Assembly (NCBI GenBank): GCA_964016885.1
Contig: OZ024745.1
Location: forward strand, 104,036,001-104,100,000
Direction: 5' to 3'
From: Eledone cirrhosa
Lineage: Eukaryota
Length of the DNA: 64,000 nt
Part shown: in pieces, positions 1 to 12,176 of the stretch
Numbering within the stretch: the first letter of the stretch is position 1
How the letters are laid out: each line of letters opens with the position of its first letter
The notes under the pieces: model-generated
The model's database searches: none
What the model was told of the DNA's origin: nothing
What the model saw: the letters and a program-made list of their open reading frames with translations, nothing else
Program-made: the position numbers and the translations under genes

Positions 1-155
1 ACGCCATGCTTTCCAGCATCGTTACGTCCCTTTACGGTCTGAGTTCAAATCCCGCCGAGGTTAACTTTGCGTTTCATCCTTACGGGGTCGATAAAATAAG
101 GTACCAGTAATGTACTGGGTAATTGCTGACCTTGTGCCAAAAGTAGAAACAATTA
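1..155 (+). mobile_element. tRNA-derived SINE with Nin/Deu-like domain (5' end cut by window edge)
   Basis: B-box GAGTTCAAATCC followed by TTTCATCCTTACGGGGTCGATAAAATAAGGTACCAG. Same family at 10495-11085, 19411-19601, 49152-49350 and 62584-62760. Confidence 0.8.
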
Positions 156-458
156 TTTATTACCATTTTCCCTTGACAACCTACACTGCCTTCATAACTA
201 AACTGGTATTGTGATATTCAACAATATGTATGATATTAATTCAAAACGTATGAAAACTATTTATAAAGAAAAGACAACTAATTCTTAAAACAGAGTTGGA
301 AGAGTGCCAAAAAAATAACTATACATTCAAATTGGTATTTTCTCAGAGAAACAAAGAAATCCTTCATGATAATGTCCTCAACAAATCACATTTGGCAGAG
401 CCTTGCTTCTTGGTAAAAGCTATAACAACAACAATAATAATAATAATAATAATAATAT

Positions 459-805
459 GGAGGCACATGGCTTAGTGGTTAGAGCATTGGCCTTGCAATC
501 GAAAGGTTGTGAGTTCAATTCTCAGACTGGGTGATGTGTTGTTTCCTTGAGCAAGACACTTTATTTCACATTGCTCCAGTTTACTCAGCTGTAGAAATGA
601 GATGATAGGGACTGGGGTTCCTATCATTCCACTGCAAAGTGGTCGTGGAGGTGCCACGAAAAAAAAGCACCCAGCACTCACTGTAAATGAGGTTGGTGTT
701 AGGAAGGGCATCCAGCTGTAGAAATCAAGCCAAAATCAGTTCCCGTCCCACCCTTGCAAGCAGGGAAAAAGCGGACGTAAAATGAAATGAAATGAAATGA
801 AAATG
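459..805 (+). mobile_element. Full-length tRNA-head/CORE-like SINE with RTE-type 3' tail (young family)
   Basis: A box TGGCTTAGTGG, B box GAGTTCAATTC, CORE-like CCTTGAGCAAGACACTT, tail hairpin plus short-repeat end. Near-identical copies at 8521-8862(-), 28973-29296(+), 49850-50150(+) and 52962-53360(+). Confidence 0.85.
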
Positions 806-809
806 AATA

Positions 810-1351
810 AAAGTAAACGATTTACCACATTCTGAGAAGTGGTATGAGCATAAGCCGGAGTCGGTGATAGAAAACGATTAGGTGAAGGCGCTGTGGGATT
901 TTAGGATACAGACGGACAAGTAACTGGAACACAATAGACCTGACCTGGTGGTTTTCGACAAAGAAAAAAGATTGTGCCTGATTGTGGATGTGGCCTGCCC
1001 ATTCGACACGAGAGTGCAAGAGAAGGAGAGGGAGAAAATTAACCGATACCAGGACTTAAAGTGGGAGGTAAAAAGGATTTGGAACTGCCATGAAGTCAAA
1101 GTGGTCCCGATTGTCATAGGCGCACTAGGTACTATCTCAAAAAGTTTCCAGGGATGGTTAAAGAAAATTGGCCCCTTCACGCTTTTTGGAACGCTTCAAA
1201 AGGCATGCTTGCTGGGAACAGCAAGAACCCTCCGATACGTCCTGAATATCTGAGGCTGCAGGTAGTGGCTTGATATTCATTTCAACAAACTTTCCAGTTA
1301 ACTAACATCAATGAATGAGACTCAAAGAATAATAATAATAATAATAATAAT
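810..1351 (+). mobile_element. 5'-truncated R4/Dong-like non-LTR retrotransposon (restriction-like endonuclease end), copy 1
   Basis: RPDLVV.DK...IVDVACPFD...RYQDLK...VIGALG motifs. 3'UTR ends in (AAT)n. Confidence 0.85.
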
Positions 1352-1352
1352 T

Positions 1353-2298
1353 ATGTGACTGATAGTAGGGAGCCAATGCTCAGAATTGTACTGAAGGAGA
1401 GGACAATAGACCAGGGGATGTCCAAGGAGGAAATAACAACAAGGAGAAAGAGCAGCCTTCATGAAAAATCCCTTCATAGTACCTTCTTTGAGAAAACTGA
1501 ATTCAGAGATCCACAGACATGGAACTGGTTACAAAGAGGAGACCTTAAAAAGGCTACAGAAGGAATGCTAATGGCTGCGCAAGAGCAGGCCCTCAAAACG
1601 AAGTGGTTGAAACACCATATTTTCAAGGAGGAGGCTAGCCCACAGTGCAGGATCTGTGGAGAGAGAGAGGAGACTGTGGCTCACATTGTATCCGAGTGTA
1701 AACACCTAGCCCAGACTCACTATAAAGACTGGAGACATGATGTGATGGGCAGGGTGATCCACTGGCACCTATGCAAAGTAAACAATTTACTACATTCTGA
1801 GAAGTGGTATGAGCATAAGCCAGAGTCGGTGATAGAAAACGATCAGGTGAAGGTGCTGTAGGATTTTAGGATACAGACGGACAAGAAACTGGAACACAAT
1901 AGACCTGACCTGGTGGTTTTGGACAAGGAAAAAAGATTGTGCCTGATTGTGGATGTGGCCTGCCCATTCGACATGAGAGTGCAAGAGAAGAAGAACATTA
2001 ACCAATACCAGGACTTAAAGTGGGAGGTAAAAAGGATTTGGAACTGCTATGAAGTCAAAGTGGTCCTGATTGTCATAGGCGCACTAGGTACTATCTCAAA
2101 AAGTTTCCAGGGATGGTTAAAGAAAATTGGCCCCTTCACGCTTTTTGGAACGCTTCAAAAGGCATGCTTGCTGGGAACTGCAAGAACCCTCCGATACGTC
2201 CTGAATATCTGAGGCTGCAGGTAGTGGCTTGATATTCATTTCAACAAACTTTCCAGTTAACTAACATCAATGACTGAGACTCAAAGAACAATAATTAC

Positions 2299-2330
<32 letters not shown>
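1353..2330 (+). mobile_element. 5'-truncated R4/Dong-like element, copy 2 (CCHC knuckle plus RLE, disrupted)
   Basis: AAQEQAL.T, CRICG..ETVAHIVSEC, RHD and RPD motifs. TGG>TAG at 1859-1861 and a short deletion. (AAT)n tail. Confidence 0.88.
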
Positions 2331-2334
<4 letters not shown>

Positions 2335-2555
2335 GACATACACATAGGTTGATATTGCTCCCAGAAGCTAAATCAATCAGAATGTTTTTTTTTTCATTCT
2401 TAGCTGATGTAACCTTGAATTAGTTAAACATAAAATGTATCTGAAGTCAACATGTTCTGGCATGAGAATATGGAAGAGAAATGAACTGAAAGCAATGGGC
2501 ATTAAGTTCTACTGGTAGTTTGCAATATAATTTACACTTGCCATAATGACATAGT

Positions 2556-2836
2556 GGAGGAGTGTGGCCTAGTGTTAAGTGTGTTGGACTCATGATCATA
2601 CTGTTGTTGGTTCAATTTTTTGACTGGGTTGTGTGTTGTGTTCTTGAACAAAACACTTCATTTTATGTTGCTCCAGTATACTCAGCTGAATATGTGTACC
2701 AGCAATAGCTGGAGATTTAACCCTGTAATGGACTGACAACCTGTCTAGAGGCGAGTCTTGTACTCTAGTCGTTTAATACCACAGAAACTGTGATAAGTAC
2801 CAGACTGATGAGCCTCTGGCTTCAAGACAGAATTTA
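2556..2836 (+). mobile_element. Older CORE-like SINE with a different 3' half
   Basis: tRNA-like head, CORE-like block, then AACCCTGTAATGGACTG...GAGCCTCTGGCTTCAAGACAG. Related copies near 34775-35270, 43245-43505 and 46630-46805(-). Confidence 0.65.
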
Positions 2837-3714
2837 GACATAATGACATAGATAACACTAAACTTTTGATTGTTGGATTGTGACATTGAAAGGCAATTAA
2901 CTCTACTTGCTCTGCAGTCAAGCTGGAGCAAGATACATGTTGTGTTCTCCACTGGAACACACTAAGCAAGAAATGTAAATAAATACCCACGTCATCCAAA
3001 TTGCTTGGCTTTCTATTACAGCTAGAAAGCCACTATTCTCTGACTATGACCATCAGTTCTGTTCAGTTAGTAACTCTTCACATGAAACATCTGTTATTCT
3101 TTACTGTAACAAACAGTTAGTCCCTTGATAATTTAAGAGTCATTATTCAAATTCCATCACAGACTATAAATGAACTGAGAAAAGGTACTTTCATTTACAA
3201 AGGTCAGATAAAGAATATGTGTGTGTGTGTATTTTTATAACCCATGCTAGCATGGAATATGGATGGTAAATGATGATATATATATATATATATATATATA
3301 TGAATAAACATTGTTGTCCGTGATTAAGACGAAGCGAGAGTATATTTGAATTTATAGAAAAATAAAAAAAACTCATCAACTTGTATTGCTTAAGTGCAAA
3401 TACTACTCCAATGTATACATGTGGGCATATGTGAGTGTGTGTGTGTATATATATATATGATGAAAAAACACCCAATCCATCCTGTTTTGTTTATTACTAA
3501 TAAGAATATTTAGCTACCAGTAATTAATTAGCAGAACTAATTTTTAGCCTATTGATTAAAGGTTCAATATAACATATATCCTGGCCACCTGTGGCAGTTA
3601 TTGCTAACCCAGTTTATTTAATTTATAAAGAGGTTACATGAGGCAACAGTTTCTTCTTCAGCCACTAAATGCTGTGGAGAAGTTCAAGTATCTTACTGTC
3701 TTCAATTTGGTATT

Positions 3715-4168
3715 TGTGTTAACCCTTACCTATGGCCATGAATCTTGAGTAATGACCGAAAGAATACGATAACGAATACAAGTAGCCAACAGTGTTCCTC
3801 TAAAGGGTCTTTGGAGTACTGTTACTCAATAGAGTGCATAGCTTGAAGATCAGAAAGCTGCTTCGGGTAGAGCTACTACTTCTCCAAATTGAAAGATCAC
3901 ATCTCTGATACTATGGGCATGTGGTTAGAATATCTCAGGAAAGAATGGCTGGACAACAGATTTCACAGGCAAAACCAATCAGCAGGAGAGACCCAGGGGA
4001 AGACCCTGAGCAAGATGGTTGGATAACATCCATGAGCTTGGCTGGTCTCATTTGGGGATCTGCCGAATCATCTGGAGACGGTTGCTTCTGACAGGATCTG
4101 CTGGAAGGAGCGCTTGAGGAATCTTCCCCTATGACCCTTTCAGGAATAAGTGGATGAAGAAGAAGAAA
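3715..4168 (+). mobile_element. Decayed RTE-clade (Rex3/Expander-like) LINE 3' end
   Basis: TLTYGHES*VMTERIR, GHVVR and RRPRGRP-like motifs across frameshifts. (GAA)n tail. Confidence 0.7.
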
Positions 4169-4892
4169 ATAATCACTACTTTCCTTCATATTCCCATGTA
4201 AGAACCCATGTTAAGTTAGGCTGCAAACACCAGATTGATAATGAGAAAGTTAGTTGTTACTAAACCCCTCCAAATTCTTGATTATTCTTCTATTAGAAAT
4301 ATGGTAACGAAAGAGTTAATCTACTTTCTATTGAAATGAAAAGGAATAAGAAAAAAAAAACACAAAAAAAAAATGAAACAAAACAAACAACACTTATCAA
4401 TATGGCAGTTATACCTTTACGATATATCTCTGATATAATCCAAGTATAATTTAACCAAAAGCCTAATAAGATGAGAATAAACTTAACTGTTTTTGCGCTT
4501 TATTTTTTCAATCTCACTCTCACATATAAACATACACAAATGTAAAATACACAGAAATAATTGCAGCATATCTCTCAGTACACTAAGTACAAATTAATCC
4601 AAGCTTAAAGGATTTATTATGATAGGATACTATCTGAACTAATCCTAGTTGTTACATCATGATATACATATATACATAATAATAAAGGAAGTAAAAGAAA
4701 GCTTATAAATTTGCCGCTTGCTGAGAAAGAGAAAATTGTTCTTTTTTATTTTTCTTCTCTTAAAAACATTATCACTAAACATTTTACGCAGAAACATTTA
4801 TTTAATGAAACAGGTATTCTGATAATACACACACACATATATATATGCACACACACATATATATATATGCACACACACACACACATATACAT

Positions 4893-5990
4893 ATCATCAT
4901 CATCATCGTTTAATGTCTATCCTCCACGCTAGCATGGGTTTAGACGGGAATTGTCCCACTTGAGGCAAGATTGGTCGGGTGACCATGTCTCACTCGTATA
5001 GGGCTCTCTGGCAGGTTTTCTACGGCTGGATGCCCTTCCTAACACCAACCACGTTTACAGTGTGGACTGGGTGGTTTTTACCGTGTTACCTACACGACCA
5101 CATTACAGTGTGGACTGTGTGTATTTTTGTTGTGACACGTACACAACCTCATTTATTTTGGATTGGATGTTGTGGTACAACATAACTTTACCTGAGAGAG
5201 GGTGGTGTTGGTGGGAGTGGGGGGTGGAGTAGGGGTAGTGGGATGGGGGTGTATATTTGGTTAAGAGGTGTCTACTGACTGTAGGTTTCGCTTTGTACAT
5301 AGGCAAGCTGGGTCTTCTGTATTAGTGCGTAGCGCCAAAGATCTCGGTCCAGTGACATTGTCTTAGAGAGGCGTAAGTGTATAAGGTCGGAATTTATCAA
5401 ATCGTCCCAGGTTTTTCTGGGTCTACCTACTCTGTAACTTCCATCAATTTTGATCGACCTGCACTTTTTTATACAATTGTCGTCTTTCATGCGCATCACG
5501 TGACCATACCAACGTAGTCTTCTCTCGAGTAAACAGCATCTGATCCCTCTTATTCCTAATTTCTCACTTAGTTCATTTATGCTTTGCCATTTGCGTATAT
5601 TACTATTACACATCCAACGGAGCATGCATGCTTCGTTCCTCTCCAGTCTGTGCAGATCCTCTGCACACAATGCCCATGTCTCACTGCCATGTAACATTGC
5701 TGTTCGTATGCAGGCATCATACAATCTGCCTTTCATTTTTAGAGAGAAACCTTAAGTGGCCAATAGTGGTATAAGCTCTCTGAACCTTTTCCATCCAGTT
5801 CTGACTCTGGCTACTGTACTTTCAGAGCACCCTTCATCATTGCTGATTTTGTCATCCAGGTAACGGAAGGTGTCCACTATTTCTATAGAACCATCTGGGC
5901 AATAGAAGGAGCTAGTATCCTGTGGGCACCTGAGCATCGGACACATATAAAATCTACGTTATTAGATAACTTACCTGTGATCCCATGGCA
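4893..5990 (-). mobile_element. RTE LINE 3' fragment with 3'UTR and (ATG)n tail
   Basis: KGRLYDACIRTAMLHGSETW, RRLRWYGHVMR and GRPRKTW motifs. The tail is the same as in the SINEs. Confidence 0.85.
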
Positions 5991-8233
5991 TAGATATGAA
6001 GATATGTAACATCAATTTATGGAATTTATGAACATTTAAAATAAAATCGTACAAATTAAAGATTTATTTATTCATTTTTTTCCAATGCTTGTGTATCTAT
6101 TTTCTATGTAATATAAGCAATATAATTTTACCAATATATATATATATATATTGTTTCGGCCGCGGATGGCTAACATAACCCCCCCCCCCCCCCTCCGCTC
6201 CCACCATGTAAAGTTATGTTGGTGTCACAACATCCAGCCCGAAACAAATGAGGTCGTGTAGGTGTCACGACAAAAAAAGACACAGTCCACGCTGTAATGT
6301 GGCCGTGTAGGCAACACGGTAAAAACCTCCCAGTTCCACACTGTAAATGTGGTTGGTGTTAGGAAGGGCATCCAGCCGTAGAAAACCCGCCAGACAGTCC
6401 TATGCGAGCAAGACAACAACTCTTGCCTCAAGTGGGAAAACCCCCGTCCAAACCCATGCAAGCGTGGAATATGGACGTTAAACGATGATGATGATGATGA
6501 TGATATATATATATATATAAGATCGTTAACCTAATATATTCCTTCCATTTACTGTACCGATTGTCTTATTATTTCTGTTTACCTTTTATATATATTTATA
6601 TAAATATATAACTTAGATAGACCAGTATAGGCCCAGGCCATGTCTAACTTAATAGCCCACATATACACAAACACACATATATAAAGTGTCCATCCATTAC
6701 CAGTTTTGCTCGATGAATTAATTAATTAAATAAATAATCAATTAGTCTATATGTATCTTCTATAATTTTCTATACTCCCTCATGGTTTAGCGAAAAATTA
6801 GGCTGAAATAGACAGCTTCTAGTAGCTCTGTTACTCACCAACAGTCCACCCTTCTGGATGACTATAAACATGTGATATTTTTCCCTTTCGAAAATATCAC
6901 TGGTAACAATCGGTTTGAGAAAATGTTTTTAGTCTGAGGGATTTCAGATATCTCTTGAGAAGCCATTGGCCTCACAGCTATATCACGCACCATATCGCAC
7001 ACCACTTGATGAAACTGCAGTCAGAACATTGAAGTAAAATTAGTTAACTTTCTATCTATTTGCTCTTTCCACTTATAATTATACACATACATATATATAT
7101 ATAGATAGATACCAGCATAAGAATGTAACTTGGTCCACCCATGCCCCACCTCTGCCATTGCTCCTCAGTCAAATCTGAAGCCGATAACCTCTCTAGTGAT
7201 ACACCCAGTTCACCCTGAAAAGTGGTTAGTGATGGGAAGTGGACCCAATTATAGAAACCATGCCCCAAAAAGGATTGTTAAGACTCTTCTGTTATATGAA
7301 AGTCATGACATAATGCACTCAGCACACTCTGTAGAGTCCAGGAGTGCATGGGAGTGAGATGTCACCCCCAGCCAGTCTGAGAGGTCAGAGGCTACATTTA
7401 AATACTGACTTGGTCTGTGATGACTTGTCAAATCTTTGCTAGCAAAGAAAATAAATGTTAGTATGTGTGTGTGTGTGTGTGTTTTCTTATGTGTGAAAGG
7501 ATGGAAGTAATGTTTTATAGCATAGTCAGTGAATGTAGAGCTTCTATAGTTTTTGGAGAAGAATGAATATGTCTAGATAGTTGTAGAATGATATCTTACT
7601 GGAAAAATTAAGACACAAACTTGAATAGGAGACTGGACAGTAAAAACAATAACTGGAATAAACATATAATGTGAATTAATGATACAGGATGGGGCGTGAA
7701 AGAGGGGCTGTGAGTCAACACTAGAAGATACATGTAACAGAGACAAAAGAAGCCTAAAAATGTTACATTGCATAAAGAAGATAACACAAGATTCAGATAT
7801 ATCATTGATGTAAAACTGGAATCTAAATGAAACTTTGTCTTTATAACTAAATGCACCATTGCAATTATTGTCATGGTAGTAAGCAAATTAAAAGGTACAC
7901 AGAATATGATCTTAGTATATTTCAGGTAGCATACACTGTTTTTGACAATCATCAATCATGGTGTCTTCTGCGGTACAAGCAGCATTTCGTATATAACTAC
8001 TATGTTATCACACCAGAGTCCACTCCAAGCCACTACTCCCACGCTGCAAATCTAATGAAGTCTTCCAGCATTTGCTGACATATAGAGTGATGTAACATGC
8101 ATGTGTGCATGCATGCACCACATGCACACAGAGACCCATACGTACAAATGCATATATGTTAGTCATGTTTTAAAAATAATTTTTGTGGCAAATCCTTTGA
8201 GAGAGCATATAAGAGTGCCAACTGAATGATATG

Positions 8234-8297
<64 letters not shown>

Positions 8298-8520
8298 TCA
8301 TCATCATCATCATCAGGTTTAGCGTCCGTGTTCCACGCTTGCATGGGTTTGGACGGGGGTTTTCCCACTTGAGGCAAGAGTGGTTGTCTTGCTCGCATAG
8401 GACTGTCTGGCGGGTTTTCTACAGTTGGATGCCCTTCCTAACACCAACCACATTTACAGTGTGGCTGGCTTTAGGAAGGGCTCCTATCATAGAAACCATG
8501 CCAAAAATATATATATATAT

Positions 8521-8862
8521 ATCATCATCATCATCACCATTTTACGTCCGCTTTTCCCTGCTTGCAAGGGTGGGACGGGAACTGATTCTGGCTTGATTTC
8601 TACAGCTGGATGCCCTTCCTAACACCAACCTCATTTACAATGAGTGCTGGGTGCTTTTTTGCCGTGGCACCTCCACGACCACTTTGCAGTGGAATGATAT
8701 GGACCCCAGTCCCTATCATCTCATTTCTACAGCTGAGTACACTGGAGCAATGTGAAATAAAGTGTCTTGCTCAAGGAAACGACACATCACTCAGTCTGAG
8801 AATTGAACTCACAACCTTTCGATTGCAAGGCCAATGCTCTAATCACTAAGCCATGTGCCTCC
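8521..8862 (-). mobile_element. CORE-like SINE (459-805 family) inserted in (TA)n
   Basis: Reverse complement of 459-805. Confidence 0.85.
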
Positions 8863-9009
8863 ATATATATATATGTAATCTAATAGGACTTTGTGTTTTT
8901 GCTTCATATGTTTGTCTTGTTTATTCTTGAACTATATATATGACACATGTTTTCATGAAAGATAAAGGAAAAGGAAACTAGTCAGTTGACCATATCTAGC
9001 TCATACATT

Positions 9010-9905
9010 ACATTTTTGGCATGGTTTCTATGATAGGAGCCCTTCCTAAAGCCAGCCATTTTACTGTGTGTACTGAGAGCATTTTATTGTGATATCAGCT
9101 CTACCACTTTACAGTGTAGATTGAGACCATTTTATTGTAGTACCAGTATTACCACTTTATAATGTGGACTGAGAGCAGTTTTTTTGTGATATCAGTGTTA
9201 CTTTACAGTGTAGACTGAGAGCATTTTATTGTGGTATCAGTACTACCACTTTATAATGTGAACTGGGAGCAGTTTGTTTTTGTGATATCAGCATTACCAC
9301 TTTACAGTGTGGACTGGGACCATTTTATTTTGGTACCAGCACGCTCCCATGACAATGCTAGGGCACTAGTTGTGTCTTTGGCATGGCTGGATTGGCAGTA
9401 ATGGGAGTGGGGGATGAGGGAGAACTACATCAGGTTTGCTGAGGAGGGCATCCCACATTGAAATCTCTTTTAGACACTGAATTTGATCCCTCTTATGACC
9501 AGTTTTTGTCACAGCTTATTGATGCTTCGACATTCACATACACTACAATTATACATCCACTAGAGCATGCTCGCCTCATTTCTTTCCAATCGACGTAATA
9601 GGTCCTTGGAATATAAGGCCCAGGTCTCAGTCCCATGTAGCATTGCCGTTCATATGCATGTATCTTACAGTCGTCCTTTTGTTCTGAGGGAGAAGCCCTC
9701 TGAAACCAGCAGTGGTTCTAACTTTGGCTATTACACTTTCAGAACACCCACCTCCACTATAATCACCCAAGTAATAGAAGCTGTCAACTACTTCTAGTGA
9801 GCCATCTAAGCTTTCAATAGAGCTTGTTTCGTGTGTGCTCTTGGTGCTTACTGCTCCTGTGCATTTGCCACATTTATAGTCATATTTTGAGTTGAAGTTT
9901 TGTCG
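9010..9905 (-). mobile_element. Decayed RTE fragment plus tail with about 6 tandem ~50-bp modules
   Basis: SLEVVDSFYYLGD..GGGCSESVIAKVR motif. Repeated ACCACTTTACAGTGTGGACTGAGAGCATTTTATTGTG. Confidence 0.75.
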
Positions 9906-10494
9906 GTCCACTAGATAAGTCACATGTTGGTTTTTCACATCAGATTTTTGTGGGGAAAGGTATGACTTATTCATGAGTATAGAAAGTTTCAGAATTGTGA
10001 TTCATGCATAATTTTTCAGCAAAGAAGAGAGCCAAGTAGAAAAACGAATATAATAGCATTATCACAATAACTACAATTACTATTACTGCTACTACTATTA
10101 ATACTAAGTTTATTGAATTTTGTTTTTTAAATAAGCTGTTACTAGACCTTATTTTATGTGAATATTAAATAATATAAGCTGGTATGTTAAGATGCATAAA
10201 AATAAAAGAGGATGCCTAATTAACATTAATAATAAAACATTGCTTTACTAATTAAACTATAAACAGATTATATTTGAATTGCTTGCTTGATATGTTTAAA
10301 ATCTTTCTCAACAGACGCTCATAGAAGTACAACCCAAGCCAATATGGAAAAGTGGACATAAAAATGAAGATGATGATGATAATGATGATGTACAACATAT
10401 TTCTTCTTTCATTCCTATTTAAATAACTTTCATGCTTCATGTTTGTACATCTTGAAACTCAAACTCACAAACGATAATGATGATGACTATGATG

Positions 10495-11085
10495 CACCAG
10501 GCCAACAACTTTGGGGGAAACGGGTAAGTCGATTAAATCGAATCCCAGTACATTACTGGTACTTTATTTCATCAACCCCATACGGATGAAAGGCAAAGCT
10601 AACCGTGGCAGGATTTGAACTCAGAACATAAAGAGATGTAACTAAGTACTGCAAAGCATTTTGTCCGATGCTCTAATAATTCTGCCAATCTAAATAATAA
10701 TTGTTTCTACTTTTGGCACAAGGCCAGCAATTACCCAGTACATTACTGGTACTTTATTTTATCGACCCCGTAAGGATGAAAGGCAAAATGAACCTCGGCG
10801 GGATTTGAACTCAGACCGTAAAGGGACGTAACTACGCTGGAAAGCATGGCGTCCGACTATCTACCGATACTGCCAATCCACCGCTAAATAATAATTGTTT
10901 CTACTTTAGGCACAATGCGAGCAATTACCCAGTGCATTACTGGTACTTTATTTTATCGACCCCGTAAGGATGAAAGGCAAAATGAACCTCGGCGGGATTT
11001 GAACTCAGACTATAAAGGGACGTAACTATGCTGGAAAGCATGGTGTCCGACTATCTACCGATACTGCCAATCCACCGCTAAATAA
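10495..11085 (-). mobile_element. Three head-to-tail Nin/Deu-type SINE copies (~195-bp units)
   Basis: Repeated TACTGGTACTTTATTTTATCGACCCCGTAAGGATGAAAGGC...GATTTGAACTCAG...TGCCAATCCACCGC. Confidence 0.85.
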
Positions 11086-11697
11086 TAATGATTGATGTTA
11101 AGCAGAGCATCCAGTTGTGAGATTATCAGCCCAATCAAATATACAGAACATCAGATCATATTTTAACACCAACTGTATTATCAGAGCTGAACATTGGACA
11201 GTTCTTCATATAGCAGTGGTGGTGTTAAATGGGAGCATCTTTTGACCATCATCAAGCATTCCTAATAACAGCATTAAATGAGATAGATGAAATGTTAGAT
11301 GTGTGCTGGAAATGGTGGAGATATATTTATAAGTCAGAATTATCAGAATCTTGGGGATGAACTGTTGGAATCATGAGAGCATCAAGTTAAATGTTTAATC
11401 ATTTGTTCTGGTTCTGCATACTGAGTTCAAATCCCACCTGTATGGATTGATAAACAAAGTACCAGTCCAGGAGTGCTGAATTAGCAAAATTGTTAAAGAG
11501 TTGAACGAGATACACTGAATTAGCTCCTTCTGCCAGGAGATGCAACAAGCAGAAACTACCAGCAATAGAAACATTGTTCCCTTGGTCTGATCTGACAATC
11601 AGCCCCTTTCTTTATCAGAATATTTTCTGGCTATATGTGAGTGTGAGTGTGTGTGTAAAGTGGAAAATTATCAATATATGTAAAATAATGTACTAAC

Positions 11698-11782
11698 CCC
11701 TCATCTGTCTCATTGATGATATCACAGGCGTCCAGAAAAAGTGTCCAGTTTTCAGATGCCTGGGAGCCATCACTAGCTTTTT
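11698..11782 (-). CDS. TOM1L2: TOM1/TOM1L2 coding exon 2 ([29 protein letters not shown]), VHS domain
   Basis: 85-nt exon with ctttgcag acceptor and GG|GTTAGT donor. Matches the TOM1L2 VHS segment [29 protein letters not shown]. I did not find exon 3 (PKDA...) in 1-11697. Confidence 0.92.
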
Positions 11783-11979
11783 CTGCAAAGATAAAAGAAA
11801 CCTTACTAATTATTGTTACAAAATTACAGCAAATCACAATGAATCTGAAGAAATGTTTATTTTTCATCAGCAATAAAAATCAATAAAATCTGAATGGAGC
11901 ATTAGTTAACATAGTTATCCATCACATGTAGACATAAGCATACATAAAATGTGATAAAAGTTTACTCAAGATGATGGCC

Positions 11980-12176
11980 TTAACCCTTGAGCATTTACAT
12001 TACTATACTATTATATTTTTGTGGTAAAGGCTTTATCTCACATAACAAATCTACACGATTTTGATGATGATGTTATTTATTTTGAGAATACCTTAACACT
12101 GGTTATGGCCGGTTTGAACAAAAGGAGATGAGACAATTCTGGCCGGTTACGGCCGGTTTAAATGCTAAAAGGTTAA
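11980..12176. mobile_element. TTAA-MITE (piggyBac-like termini)
   Basis: TTAA|CCCTT(T/G)AGCATTTA ... TAAATGCTAAA(A/G)GG|TTAA. Other copies at 19788-20016, 47517-47697, 56727-56942 and 57732-58056, with a partial near 26290-26376. Confidence 0.8.

Noticed and set aside
459-530. tRNA-like sequence with A and B boxes
   Set aside because: It is a SINE head that continues into the CORE block and tail, with no proper acceptor stem.
472-711. Recurrent ORF MPFLTPTSFTVSAGC... (also at 8610, 29001 and 49860)
   Set aside because: Antisense translation of the CORE-like SINE, not a gene family.
11631-11873. 80-aa ORF as a standalone gene
   Set aside because: Only 11698-11782 is exonic (TOM1L2). The rest is intron read-through.
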